Notes: generated by a model from the letters alone, not told the origin. Shown: positions 15,401-26,906, counted from the stretch's first letter. The stretch: 64,000 bases of DNA from Amoebidium appalachense (GCA_963693365.1 CAVNZM010000006.1:1240001-1304000); one strand, 5' to 3'. Numbers and translations: made by a program.

Positions 15401-18400
15401 GCCGGCCGGCCCAGCACGGGCCACCCAGCCGACAGCACCAACAGGAGCCACCCCGCCAGCAACAGCAGCCTCAGGCTGCAGACCCAGCAGGCAGCCCACA
15501 CCTGCAGCCACAGCAGGGGCCACCCAGCCTGCAGGCCCTGCCAGAACAACCCAGCCAGCAGCAACCGACCACACCCACACGGCAGCAGCAGCAGGTAGCA
15601 GACTGCAACCCCAGCCGGCAGGCCCAGGACGGGCCATCCAGCCGACAGCACCGACAGGAGCCGCCAAACCAGCAGCAGCAGCCTCAGGCGGCAGCCCCAG
15701 CAGGCAGCCCACACCGGCAGCCTCAGCAGGGGCCACCCAGCCTGCAGGCCCTGCCAGGGCCACCTGGCCGGCAACAACCGACCACACCCACACTGCAGCA
15801 GCTGCCTGCAGAAGCGGAGGGTAACCCCGGCCGGCAGGCCCAGCACGGGTCACCCAGCCGACAGCACCAGCAGGAGGCACCCAGCTGGCAGCAGCAGATT
15901 CAGGCTGTAGTCCCAACAAGCAGCCCACAACGGCAGCCACAGCAGGGGCCACCCAGCCTGCAGGCCCTGCCAGGGCCACCCAACCAGCAACAACCGACCA
16001 CACCCACACCGCAGCAGCCGCCTGCAGCAGCGACGGGCAGCTCCGGCCGGCAGGCCCAGCACGGGCCACCCAGCCGACAGCACCAACAGGAGCCACCCAG
16101 TCAGCAGCAGCAGCCTCAGGCTGCAGCCTCAGCGGGCAGCCCACACCGGCAGCCACAGCAGGGGCCACCCAGCCTGCAGGCCCTGCCAGGGTCACCCAGC
16201 CAGCAGCAAACGACCACACCCACACTGCAGTGGCTGCCTGCAGCAGCAGATTGCAGCCCCGGCCGGCCGGCCCAGCGCGGGCCACCCAGCCGACGGCACA
16301 AACAGGAGCCACCAAGCGAGCAGCAGCAGCCACAGGCTGCAGCCCCAGCAGGCAGCCCACACCGGCAGTCACAGCAGGGGCCACCCAGCCTGCAGGCCCC
16401 GCCAAGGCCACTCAGCCAGCAGCAACCGACCACACCCCCACTGCACCAGCTGCCGCATGATCGCAGCCCCGGCCGGCCGGCCCAGCGCGGGCCACCCAGC
16501 CGACAGCACGAACAGGAGCCTCCAAGCCAGCAGCAGCAGCCTCAGGCTGCAGCCCCAGCAGGCAGCCCACACCGGCAGCCACAGCAGGGGCCACCCAGCC
16601 AGCAGCAACCGACCCCACCCACACTGCAGCAGCTGCCTGCAGCAGCAGTGTGCAGCCCCGGCCGGCCGGCCCAGCACGGCCCCCCCAGCCGACAGTACCA
16701 ACAGGAGCCACCAAGCCAGCAGCAGCAGCCTCAGGCTGCAGCCCTAGCAGGCAGCCCACACCGGCAGCCACAGCAGGGGCCGCCCAGCCTGCAGGCCCTG
16801 CCAGGGTCACCCAGCCAGCAGCAACCGACCACACCCACAATGCAGCGGCGGCCTACAGTAGCAGATTGCAGCCCCGGCCGGCCGGCCCAGCACGGGCCAC
16901 CCAGCCGACAGCACCAACAGGAGCAACCAAGCCAGCAGCAGCAGCCGCAGGCTGAAGCCCAAGCAGGCAGCCCACACCGGCAGCCAAAGCAGGGGCCACC
17001 CCGCCTGCAGACCCTGCCAGGGCCACCCACGGGCAACCAACAGCTACAGACCACACCCACGCAGCCGCAACGGCCCACAGCAGCAGAGTGCAACCCTGGC
17101 CAGCAGGCGCGGCACGGGTCACCCACCCTGCAGCAGCACCCCACCCCCCCAGCAGCCCACCTGTCTCAGACAGGGAGGCAGTGGGAGGAGTGGGAGGCAA
17201 CCATGCGGGAGCAACTACAACTATACAGGTCCCAACTCCGAAGGAAACGGCAAAAACTCCTTTGGTTACGGGCAACAGCAGCAGCAGAAGCACGGTGCAA
17301 GTGTATGGTGGACGAACTCCGGCGAGCACTAAGCAGCATTTTAGACCGGGGGAGTGTGAACGTCTCGGCTACGTTAGTCAAGCACGTCACCCCAACGGGC
17401 ACTGAGTACCTCACGGAGTGGGCTGACACGGAGCCCGTCATTCGTGAAACTTATCACCGGTGGACGGCCCGCAGGAACCCACACATCGAGGAGATGCTCG
17501 CCGACCCAATGTGGGCCGACATCTATCGACCGATCCCCCCCGAAGACTCCCCATTAGGGTCTATAATGCACCCGGCCACCCACGACGAGCTCCAACAGAT
17601 CGTCCAAAGCCGACAGGGGGGGAAGGCCCCCGGCCCAACGGAAATCCAGTACGAATACTTCCAACACCTGGGGCCAAAGGGGCTAGCATGGCTCCTACAT
17701 ATCATCAACGGATGTCTGGCCACGGGGACCACACCGAGGTCATGGCTGCACCACACCATCCATCCCCTACCGAAAGGGGAATGGGAAGGTGACTTCGACA
17801 AAACCCGACCGATAGCACTCTTGGAAACGGCACGGAAGCTGCTAGAATCGGTCATCAACCAGCGCCTACTCTCGATCTTCCGGCAGTACCCCACCCTCCT
17901 CCCGGGGGGGAATTTTGGGTTCGTGCCGGGCCCGGGTATCGACGGGGCGCTGGCTATCATCCGAGAGACGATAGAGGATGCCATAGACCACGACCAGGAA
18001 CTATGGATCGTCCAACAGGACATTAAGAGGGCATATGACACGGTGTCTTGGCCCTCGGTGGAACTGGGGCTCACCCGCCTGGGCACAGACCCCCAGCTAA
18101 TCACCCTCCTCCGGCACATGTGGCACAGTCGTACGGCCACGGTGTGCACAGACCAGGGGCACACTGAGTCTTTCCCTGTTGAAAACGGCCTGGCCCAAGG
18201 GGCTGTCCTCTCCCCCATTCTGTGGATCATTTTCTACGATCCAGTTTTAACAGCCATCAAAAGGCACGGCAAGGGGTACACTTTCCACCTACCCCCACAG
18301 ACACAGCACCACACACCGGCACAAACACCCCCGTGTGTGACGTCTGTAGCTTTCGCCGACGACACAACATGGTTTGGCCCCAACAAGGAGAGCATCCAGC

Positions 18401-21400
18401 AAACTCTCGATTTATCTGCCCCCTTTTTTTATTACCATGACTTGGAACCACACCCAGACAAGTTTTCAGTCCTCGCCCGTGGTACCCCAACACGGGCAAC
18501 AGTGGCCCCCATGCAGTACCGCAAATCCCCGGGAGCACCACCCCTACCCATTCAGATCGAGCTCCCCGATGCAAACATCAGAGTGCTAGGGGTCAACATC
18601 ACCCTCCAACGACACACCCGGCCCAACGATGGGAAGGCCATGCAGCTGACATTACGGGCCACCACCATACTAGCCCGTAAAATGCTGGCACCCAGCCAAG
18701 TGATCTACGTAGCCAACAGTGTGGTGGCCCCGGCCATCCTCTTCCTCCTCAAAGGGTCAGTCATCAGCAACACCACCATGCAGGCAATCGACAGCAAGTG
18801 GAGAGACCTACTCCGTCGGAAGTGTGGTTTCCACCGGAGCACCCCGTCCGGGCTGCTACACCATCCCACTCTAGGGGGACTGGCCAGCATCGTCGAATCA
18901 GCAGCCAGCACCATGGTTACGGAGCTGTGTGCCCTGCTGGAAACACCAGGACCAGCAGGGGACGTGGTCCGGTACCGAGCCTGGCAGCAGCAACACGTGA
19001 CAGGCCTACCCTACCCACCCCTGCAAGCACCCCCAGCCAAACTTTACAGGCTAGGGGGAAAGCAGCTCCACAACTATTGGGCCCATATCACGGGGATCCT
19101 TCACGAGCGGCACCTGAGTATTGGGGAAACCCCTCCCCCAAAAAAACACAAGCACCCCCCACCCCACCCCCCCTCCCCCCAAGGAGAAGGAGGGGAAGCA
19201 GCAACAACAACCAGCACCCCTATCAACACCGTTTTCCCGGACCACACCTTTGCGGCCCACATCGGCCCCCACACACACCCCCGTCAACTCTACACGGTGG
19301 AGGACACCATGGTACGGCCGGGGGTGTTCCGGGCGTTCCCCGAACTGCCCCACCCCCCAGACCTACTACACCCGGGAGCTACACAGTGGTACAGGTCCAT
19401 CATCAAGGGGGCCATCCCCATCGCAGACAAACTACGGCCAGCACCCAGACCACACACCCACCACACCATTGACCTCGTGCCAAACCACCCCGTCGGTGCA
19501 TTCGTGGTGGAAATAGTCAAGAACGGGCAATACGAACTCAGCCAGGTGGTGGCCCACACCACCCACAACGGGGAGGCTTGGGTCAAAATAGCCCATCTAC
19601 GGGACAACACAGAGGAGGAGGGGCTGAGATGGCACCGACCCACGTGGAACGACCCACATGGAACAGCCCATTTCCGCTTTTGCCCTGGTGACTGCAAATA
19701 CGGCCACTCCCCATGGAGCCTAGCCTACACCCCGGCCACCCTCTCCCCCAACCCCGGGTACGCAGACGGAGAGGGGGAAGGGTTAGACACGGAGCCAGAA
19801 TCGGAGTCGACGGGGCCCAGCGACGACTCCGACGACTCAGAGGACTCTAACACCGACAGCACCAACAGCAAATACGAGCCCCCTGAGCCCCCAGCCGATA
19901 ATCACACCCACAACAAGCAGTGTGTGGGGTGGACCCGTGCTGTGGAGGTGATACGGGCAGACCCCTACGTGGCCTTCAAGACCCGAATCACCACCCACAT
20001 GGTAGTCCCGAAGTACCACAAGGACTTCATCAACACCGACAGTATCGACATCTACCAAGTCATCGCACTGAAGGATGGCTCCGATCCGGCCGAGCAGTGG
20101 AGGAAGATACACCATTTCCGGCGGCATCTTCCCCCCCACCAACAGGCATCACCCCAGATGCTCCACCTGCAAGCCAACGAGGAAGCCACACCCTTACCGG
20201 GGGACCTCCCCGGCCCACCCCCCCCCCCCAGCAGCCACCACCGGTAGGGTCACCACCAGGACACAAGTGCACGGCCCACCCGGCTGACCTGCCGAGCCCA
20301 CCCACTCCCCGTAGGCTCACCTACACCGACTTGGTGCCCCAGGCCACCTATGACGAGTGGCAGCAGCAAATCACCCTGATCCCCCCAGACCAACCGATCA
20401 CCGTTTATACGGACGGCAGCCTCATCCACCCGGGCAGGAGGATAGCCCAGGCCGGAGCCGGGGCGGCACTGGACACCCCGGACCGGAAAGCACCTCCAGT
20501 GACGGCCAAGACCAGGCTCCATACGGCCCTATCATCCACCCAAGCCGAACTCACAGGGGTACTACTAGCCCTCCTGCTCACCCCCACCACCACCCCCATC
20601 CACATCAAGCTCGATAACCTCGGAGTAGTCGACCGATGGACGGCAAATATAGACCCCACCACACCCCCTCGACGCAAGCTAAAGTTCCCCCACATAGTGG
20701 AATGGGCTCACGTACGAGACCAACTCTCTCTCCGGCAACCAGGCTCTGTACAGGTATCGTGGGTGAAGGGGCACCAATCCAACACCAAACGGTACGGTCA
20801 ACGGAATAACGAGGCAGACAAGGCAGCCAATGCAGGAAGAGTCCTCCCCCTCCCCCCCCCCCTACCTCCGGCCCCGGGGGGGGGGGGAAATACTTCCTAC
20901 GACTACAAGGCCACCGTATCCCCGGCAACATTCCCGGTACACTGAACCGGTTGAACAAGGACTTCCTCACCGACATGGCCGGCAAGACCAAGGCTATGTC
21001 CATACTAGCCGACCCCAGACTGCTCCCAGCCGAACGGAACCCCCTCAAGCTCAACAAGGGGCCCACACAGGCAACCATCGGGGCAGTCAGAGGAAACACT
21101 CGTAGCCTGTCCCTGGCCATGGGCACCCTGCCTACCATGGCACGGCTACACCGAGATCACCCCACCGTCGTTACACAGCCCACATGCCCCCGGTGCAGCC
21201 AGCACCCTGAGACCACCACCCACCTCTGGGCCTGCCCGGCCCATGCCGGGGAAGTCCCCACCCTGACCACCGCCATCACAGCCTGCATCCACAACGTCCT
21301 GCACACTCGTCATCCAAACACCCCCACGGCACAGCACCACCATACGGCAGCCACGGTGGTAGACCAATGTGCATGGATAAACTGGATAGGAGGCAACGGT

Positions 21401-21871
21401 GACCCACCTGACCCCGAAGACACCAAGTGGGTCGAACGGGGATTCTGCCCACGATCGGTGGGCCCACTACTTGCAGCCACCGGCACCACCAAGACCACCA
21501 CCCGGGCCATCTTAGGAAAAATCACAGTAGAGTTGCAATCCTTTTTCTTTGCAAAAATTTGGCACCCACGGAACACAACACTCCCCCCCACCCACCCTAA
21601 AATGCAAAAACACCACCATATACCCACCACCCGTAGAAAGAAAAGTATGGCTCTCCAAAAACCCAAAAAACCAACAAATACACCCCCCACACACACCCGG
21701 CCGGCCTGTTCTGAATGCCGGAACACCCACAGACCCGGTGTGCCCTGTAAAACCCACCTTTTAGTCCACAAAAACATCGCCACAACATACGTACACCAAC
21801 ACATAATGTTAGGCAGCAACCCCCCACCACCACCACCACCACACCCCATCATCCACCCATACCCACCGTAA
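9435..21871 (+). CDS. LINE ORF2: APE endonuclease, Gln/Pro repeat array, reverse transcriptase, RNase H, CCHC finger; ~4,100 aa after three homopolymer frameshifts (~12841, ~20225, ~20850-20887)
   Basis: APE: IGTLNL, ILTET, AGDFN, SRIDY, TDHH. RT: KAPGP, RPIALL, DIKRAYD, GLAQGAVLSP, FADD, LGV. RNase H: VYTDGS, AEL, DN, WVKGH, NNEAD. Finger: CPRC..ETTTHLWAC. Stitched from ORFs 9435, 13444, 19920 and 20951. Confidence 0.88.
11005..17135 (+). repeat. Coding minisatellite, ~216-bp (72-aa) unit, ~28 copies, with an 852-bp higher-order repeat in the centre
   Basis: Unit GPPSQQQPTTPTLQQLPAAADCSPGRPAQHGPPSRQHQQEPPSQQQQPQAAAPAGSPHRQPQQGPPSLQALP. Matching ORF starts recur at 852-bp spacing (13655/14507/15359; 13411/14263/15115). 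Confidence 0.95.
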
Positions 21872-22874
21872 ATATTATACACAACACCTAGGACTTCCCA
21901 ATACTGTAGATCGACAAATGAGAGCCCTCGGTTAACGTTTATTGCTAGGTTTTTGAATGGAGGGGAGGACTGGAGCCTCCTGCCGGCGTGGCTGGGGTAG
22001 TAGCCCTGGGCAAAGTGTGTACTTATAGTTAGGTTGTGAAGGATGGTTTAGCTTAGCTGAACTCATAGATAGCACCTTAACTAGTGTACTGTCCGTGCTG
22101 TGTGGTAGACGGTAGTTTCCCTAGAGGGCCTGAAAAGGCCTCCGGGAACAAAACGTGATAAAATAAAATAAAAAAAAATAAAAAAGTGATCCCCTTTTGA
22201 TTTTGTTTGCTGTTCAACGATTCAAAATTTTCAGCAGTTTCGTTTGCGCTGAATGTATACGATATGATCATGAACCGATGCACCTATAAGCCTATATTGC
22301 CACGGAGTTGGAGTGGGGGGCGGAGGAGGTGGGGGGGGGGGGGGAGGGGGGGGGGGGGGGGGGGAAGAGAAAGAGAGATCAAGGGGCGGAGGGGGGAGGG
22401 GGAGGGGGACAGAGGACGAGAGAGAGAGAGGGAGAGAGGGAGAGAGAGAGGGGGGGGGGGAGGGGGGAGAGAGAGAGAGAGAGAGTGTGTGTGTGTGTGT
22501 TGAACTAGAAAGGGGGAAGGCGAGGGAGGGGAGGGGGAGGGGGGGGGGGGGGGGGGGAGGGGAGATTGGGGAGGAGGGGAGGGGGGATGAGTATATGCCG
22601 CCGGGACGGCCCGGACGGGGAGCACGCCATAAAAGTGCAGGAAGGAAAAACTTAACCGTCTTCCCTAGATTTTTCCTGCAAAGTTTCTTGATTTGTTATG
22701 AATACATCAGCAAGTAACATAAATGATCATGTCGAGTGTAATTATTTTGACTGGAAAATTAATGCCATGATTCTGATCATATTTTTGTAGGGTCACCCAC
22801 CTCTCAGTGTGTGTTTGTGCAGTATATGATGTGTGTGTGTGTCTGCGTTTGTGCGTTTGTGCGTGTGTGTGCAC

Positions 22875-23017
<143 letters not shown>

Positions 23018-23046
23018 ACGGTGTGTGTGTCACGGTTGTACAACGG

Positions 23047-23196
<150 letters not shown>

Positions 23197-23265
23197 CACG
23201 GTGTGAGTTACGTGCTTTTCTATGGGGGAGGAGAGGGGGGAAGGGAGGGGGGGACAGAGGGGGGT

Positions 23266-23567
23266 GTTGCAGGAAAATCGTGTGTCCAGGAAAATCATAC
23301 TCCCCCAAACCCTCCGGTTAGGAAAATCATGTCACCCCGTCCACACATAAGATACACCGGCTCTCGGTGCCGACCAACAAGCTTAGGGGAGTGTTGAATT
23401 TGAAATTGGTATGGAGGTAATCGAGAGCTTGGGTGGGGGGGGATGGTGGATGGAATATTGGCTTCAGGGAGGGGGGGAGGGGGGGGGGGGGGGGGGGGGA
23501 TGGTGGATAGAATTTGAGCCTGGCCATGGTGTTTAATTATATAATACTGTAGGTCCCGCCCAGACAA

Positions 23568-23605
<38 letters not shown>

Positions 23606-24531
23606 ACAGGAGAGGTGTACATGGGGATGGGGGGGAGGGGGGGGGGGGGGAGGGCCGAGGTTGGGGAAGGGGAGGAGGGCAGGGGGGGGGGGGGGGGGAA
23701 GGGGAGGGGATGATAGGATAACCGATCATGAGGCCGAGTCCCCCCTCCCCCCCCCTCCCCCCCCTCTCGTTTTCAAATGCAACGTTAACCCTCCCTAGCC
23801 TGACTAAATGGCGTCTAGGAAGTCCAAATTTCGACTCAGAGATTCACTACCGACAGCAATTACCACGCCCGTAAATGCCGAAGGTGTTGGTTTGTGGTCA
23901 TCGAAGGTTTTGCGACGCAAGTTCTATGACGTCATTTTGACGTCATAGAACCAGCTGGTTTTGTGACGCCATTGTGACGTCATCGGTATTAGTCGTCGTT
24001 TTTACCTCCCCCGGCCCCCCCAATTGCCCGCTCCTGATATGGTACCCGGGCCTTCTTCTATCCTTCTTTTTCTCTGTGCTTGGCTGATCTAAATGCCGTG
24101 TGCGACTAATTGAAATGCACCAACCAGACGAAACTGGTCATGATGCGCGCCAGTTCCGTCTTCCTTAGCGCAATTAAATAGTTAAGGGTATGGTAGACAA
24201 TCTGGACAATATTGGGGCTGGTACTCGGTGTGTCCATACATAATCTAACCGTAATGTACTACAATGTGGCTGTGAATATCAGACCACAGCGGAATCGCCA
24301 CAGTGTACCCCTCCACGCAACGACGTGAAAACTACTAGTTTGATTAGATAAATAACTGAATTAGAAATTATCGTGCTCTTTTGTAAAGAATTGCTTAGGT
24401 ACTATGACAATGATGAATGTGTTAGCTTTGATCAAGTCCTAGTATCTTATACGTGGACGAGGCAACATGATTTTCCTGACCGGGGGTTTAGGGGGAGTAC
24501 GATTTTCCTGGAGACACAATTTTCCTGTGAT
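23266..24531. repeat. Pair of ~85-bp imperfect inverted repeats (23266-23358 and 24444-24531); probable DNA transposon termini
   Basis: caggaaaatcgtgtgtccaggaaaatcatactccccc...gtccacacataagatac is mirrored by gtatcttatacgtggac...gggggagtacgattttcctggagacacaattttcctg. Each arm has three aggaaaat motifs. Confidence 0.65.
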
Positions 24532-24861
24532 AGGGGGCAGGGGAGGGGGGAAGTTGGGAGAGAGAGAGGTGTTGGGAGGGGGGGAGGGGGTGGGGGGGGG
24601 GGGGGGGGGGGGGGGGTAGCTTGTGTGTTACGGCATGCACATGCACTCTCGCAAGAGCACATTGCCAACAAGCTCGATTTTTTCATAAAGACAAGCACAG
24701 TACTGATTTATGGGGTGGAAAGGAACATAATAAATTCGCACGACCATCTTACGGCGGTTTTGGCGAGCTGTTATTGGTCAACGCCATGGAGCCATGGTGC
24801 TGTTTTAACCAATCGTTACAAATGGCGCATTCCAAAAAAAAAAAAAAAAAAACATCATCCG

Positions 24862-25224
24862 TAGTCTACAAGGCTTTGTACCCGCTGGCTTACGTAAGTG
24901 GCCGGGGCGGCCTACGACACAGCGGGACGTCTCCGGCGGGGTCCTTATGGCTGTAATGACAAATCAGATCGTCCGATATGTAATGACCAATCGGAACGCT
25001 AAAAAAGTTTAAAGAAGACTTTAAATCACATGAAATATAAAACCTGGGTAGGCGGATCATGTCTTATTCTTAATAGTGGGTTGGGTTTACGTCATTTTGA
25101 ACCAATCGCCGCTCGTAAAGCCAGATCCGATTACGCGCGATAAAACTTTGTCTAGTGACTGTCGCCTGCGGCAACCGTTATGATACAAGGTATGGCCGCA
25201 GGGAGACAGCACTCAGAGTGACTA
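24862..25224. mobile_element. Non-autonomous DNA transposon (MITE), copy 2; AcademH-like termini
   Basis: TAGTC...GACTA ends with a perfect 9-bp TSD catcatccg (24853-24861 and 25225-25233); ends homologous to 422-784. Confidence 0.85.
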
Positions 25225-26000
25225 CATCATCCGTTGAAAACAACACACAACTGGAAACCTTACACTAAAGCTTTGTGCGTATTCGTCAATAAGGCCATGT
25301 GCATGCAGCTTTTTTACGCTCTCTATTTTTGCCCTCTTCAGCTTTTTGTAGAATGTTTCTTCCCTCTTTCGCTTCCTTGCAAGTTTTGAGTATTCACGGT
25401 CGTTTGCTCGCTTTCTGAACCTTGGGCTCAGGTTTCCCAGGTCGCCAAGTGCACTCTCGTATTTAGCGCTCGGACGACATGGCTCGTGCAAATGAGCTAA
25501 CATTGCAATGAGACAAGGAAAAACAGAAACAGGAAAATAATGATGTTTCCAGAAACCAAACGAAAACTCAGAAACCGGAATGGGCCGTATAGACAGTGTG
25601 TGGCGAGTGTGCTCAACGGTGATGCCTGCGCAGTGCGGCTGCCTGGGACGTAATATCACGAAATTTCCCGCAAAAAAAAATTCCGTCAAAAGATTTTGAT
25701 TGGCTCATACGCCAATTTTAGCCAATCAGGTCGACAGCCGTATGCGAATAAATTATGTTCCTTTGGCCCCATAGTTCCTCTCCTGCCTCGTATGTAATAT
25801 CCCCCCCCCCCCCCCCCCCTCCCCCCTCGCATCTCTTGTCCTACCTTCCCTCCCCTCACTCTCTATCCTCTTTCACCACAGTAATCCATGGCTAGATGAC
25901 TCAACTCACAAATGCGCAGAATTAAGCACCGTATTAGTCACGCCACATGCAGATAACGTAACCAAAAAATAGCAAACAAGCGCGCGCACACACCCACACA

Positions 26001-26037
<37 letters not shown>

Positions 26038-26216
26038 ACACACACACGCAACAACAAAAATTAATCCACAGATACCAACGAGCATGCACGTACGCACGGA
26101 AACATACACGACAAACATTTACGGACACACCGTGCACAAACTAAATACACAAGCAGACACACCGTGACACACAGGCACAAACCCACAAATGGGCATAGCA
26201 TTGCAAACATACGCCC

Positions 26217-26261
<45 letters not shown>

Positions 26262-26426
26262 CCCCTCCCCACACACACACCCACTGAGGTGTAAGGATAG
26301 ACTGGGCCGGTACAACATAGACCAAGTATTAAACTTTGTTCGTTCTCCGTTGCCCCAAAAAGGGGTGGGGAAGGGATGGGCGGGCGGGTGGGTGGGTGGG
26401 TAGGGCCCGGGGGGGGGGGGGGGGGG

Positions 26427-26618
26427 GAGGGGAGGAAGGATAAGGCGGGAGCTCGAGCTCCCAAGGGAGGGGGTCCGAAATGAGTGCGTGTTTCTCAAGT
26501 TATTTGATTTACTTACAAGGTTATTTTATTGAGGCTCACTGACAGTGTTCTATTTTTGTTTATTTGTTTTTTTTTTCTTTTCTTTTCTTTCCTTTTTTTT
26601 TTCATTTTTTTTTTCATT

Positions 26619-26658
<40 letters not shown>

Positions 26659-26847
26659 GCGAGGGAGGAAGGATAAGGCGGGAGCTTGAGCTCCCAAGGG
26701 AGGGGGTCCGAAATGAGTGCGTGTTTCTCAAGTTATTTGATTTACTTACAAGGTTATTTTATTGAGGCTCACTGACAGTGTTCTATTTTTGTTTATTTGT
26801 TTTTTTTTCTTTTCTTTTCTTTCCTTTTTTTTTTCTTTTTTTTTCTT

Positions 26848-26905
<58 letters not shown>
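26427..26905. repeat. Tandem duplication, ~233-bp period
   Basis: gagggaggaaggataaggcgggagct(c/t)gagctccc...ttatttgttt followed by T-rich and poly-G tracts occurs twice (ORF ends 26498/26731). Confidence 0.85.

Positions 26906-26906
<1 letters not shown>

Larger units (their letters stand above)
6316..22184 (+). mobile_element. Full-length giant non-LTR retrotransposon (APE-RT-RNase H type), ~15.9 kb
   Basis: ORF1 and ORF2 in tandem, 3' UTR and A-rich tail (22159-22185). Candidate TSD agtgatcccc at 6306-6315 and 22185-22194. The 5' boundary is less certain (6316 to ~6560). Confidence 0.9.

Noticed and set aside
12841-15824. Mucin-like A/T/P-rich second half of the 2129-aa ORF, and long antisense ORFs over the array
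   Set aside because: Alternative frames of the T-poor repeat, reached through one extra C. The Q/P frame is the one that links APE to RT.
11005-17135. CRISPR-like array or host glutenin/adhesin-like gene
   Set aside because: There are no unique spacers, the context is eukaryotic, and the units are contiguous and embedded in retrotransposon ORF2.
22126-22156. Hammerhead ribozyme at the LINE 3' end (ctgaaaaggcc...gaacaaaac)
   Set aside because: The CUGANGA and GAAA cores are not matched; a simple GNRA hairpin explains it better.
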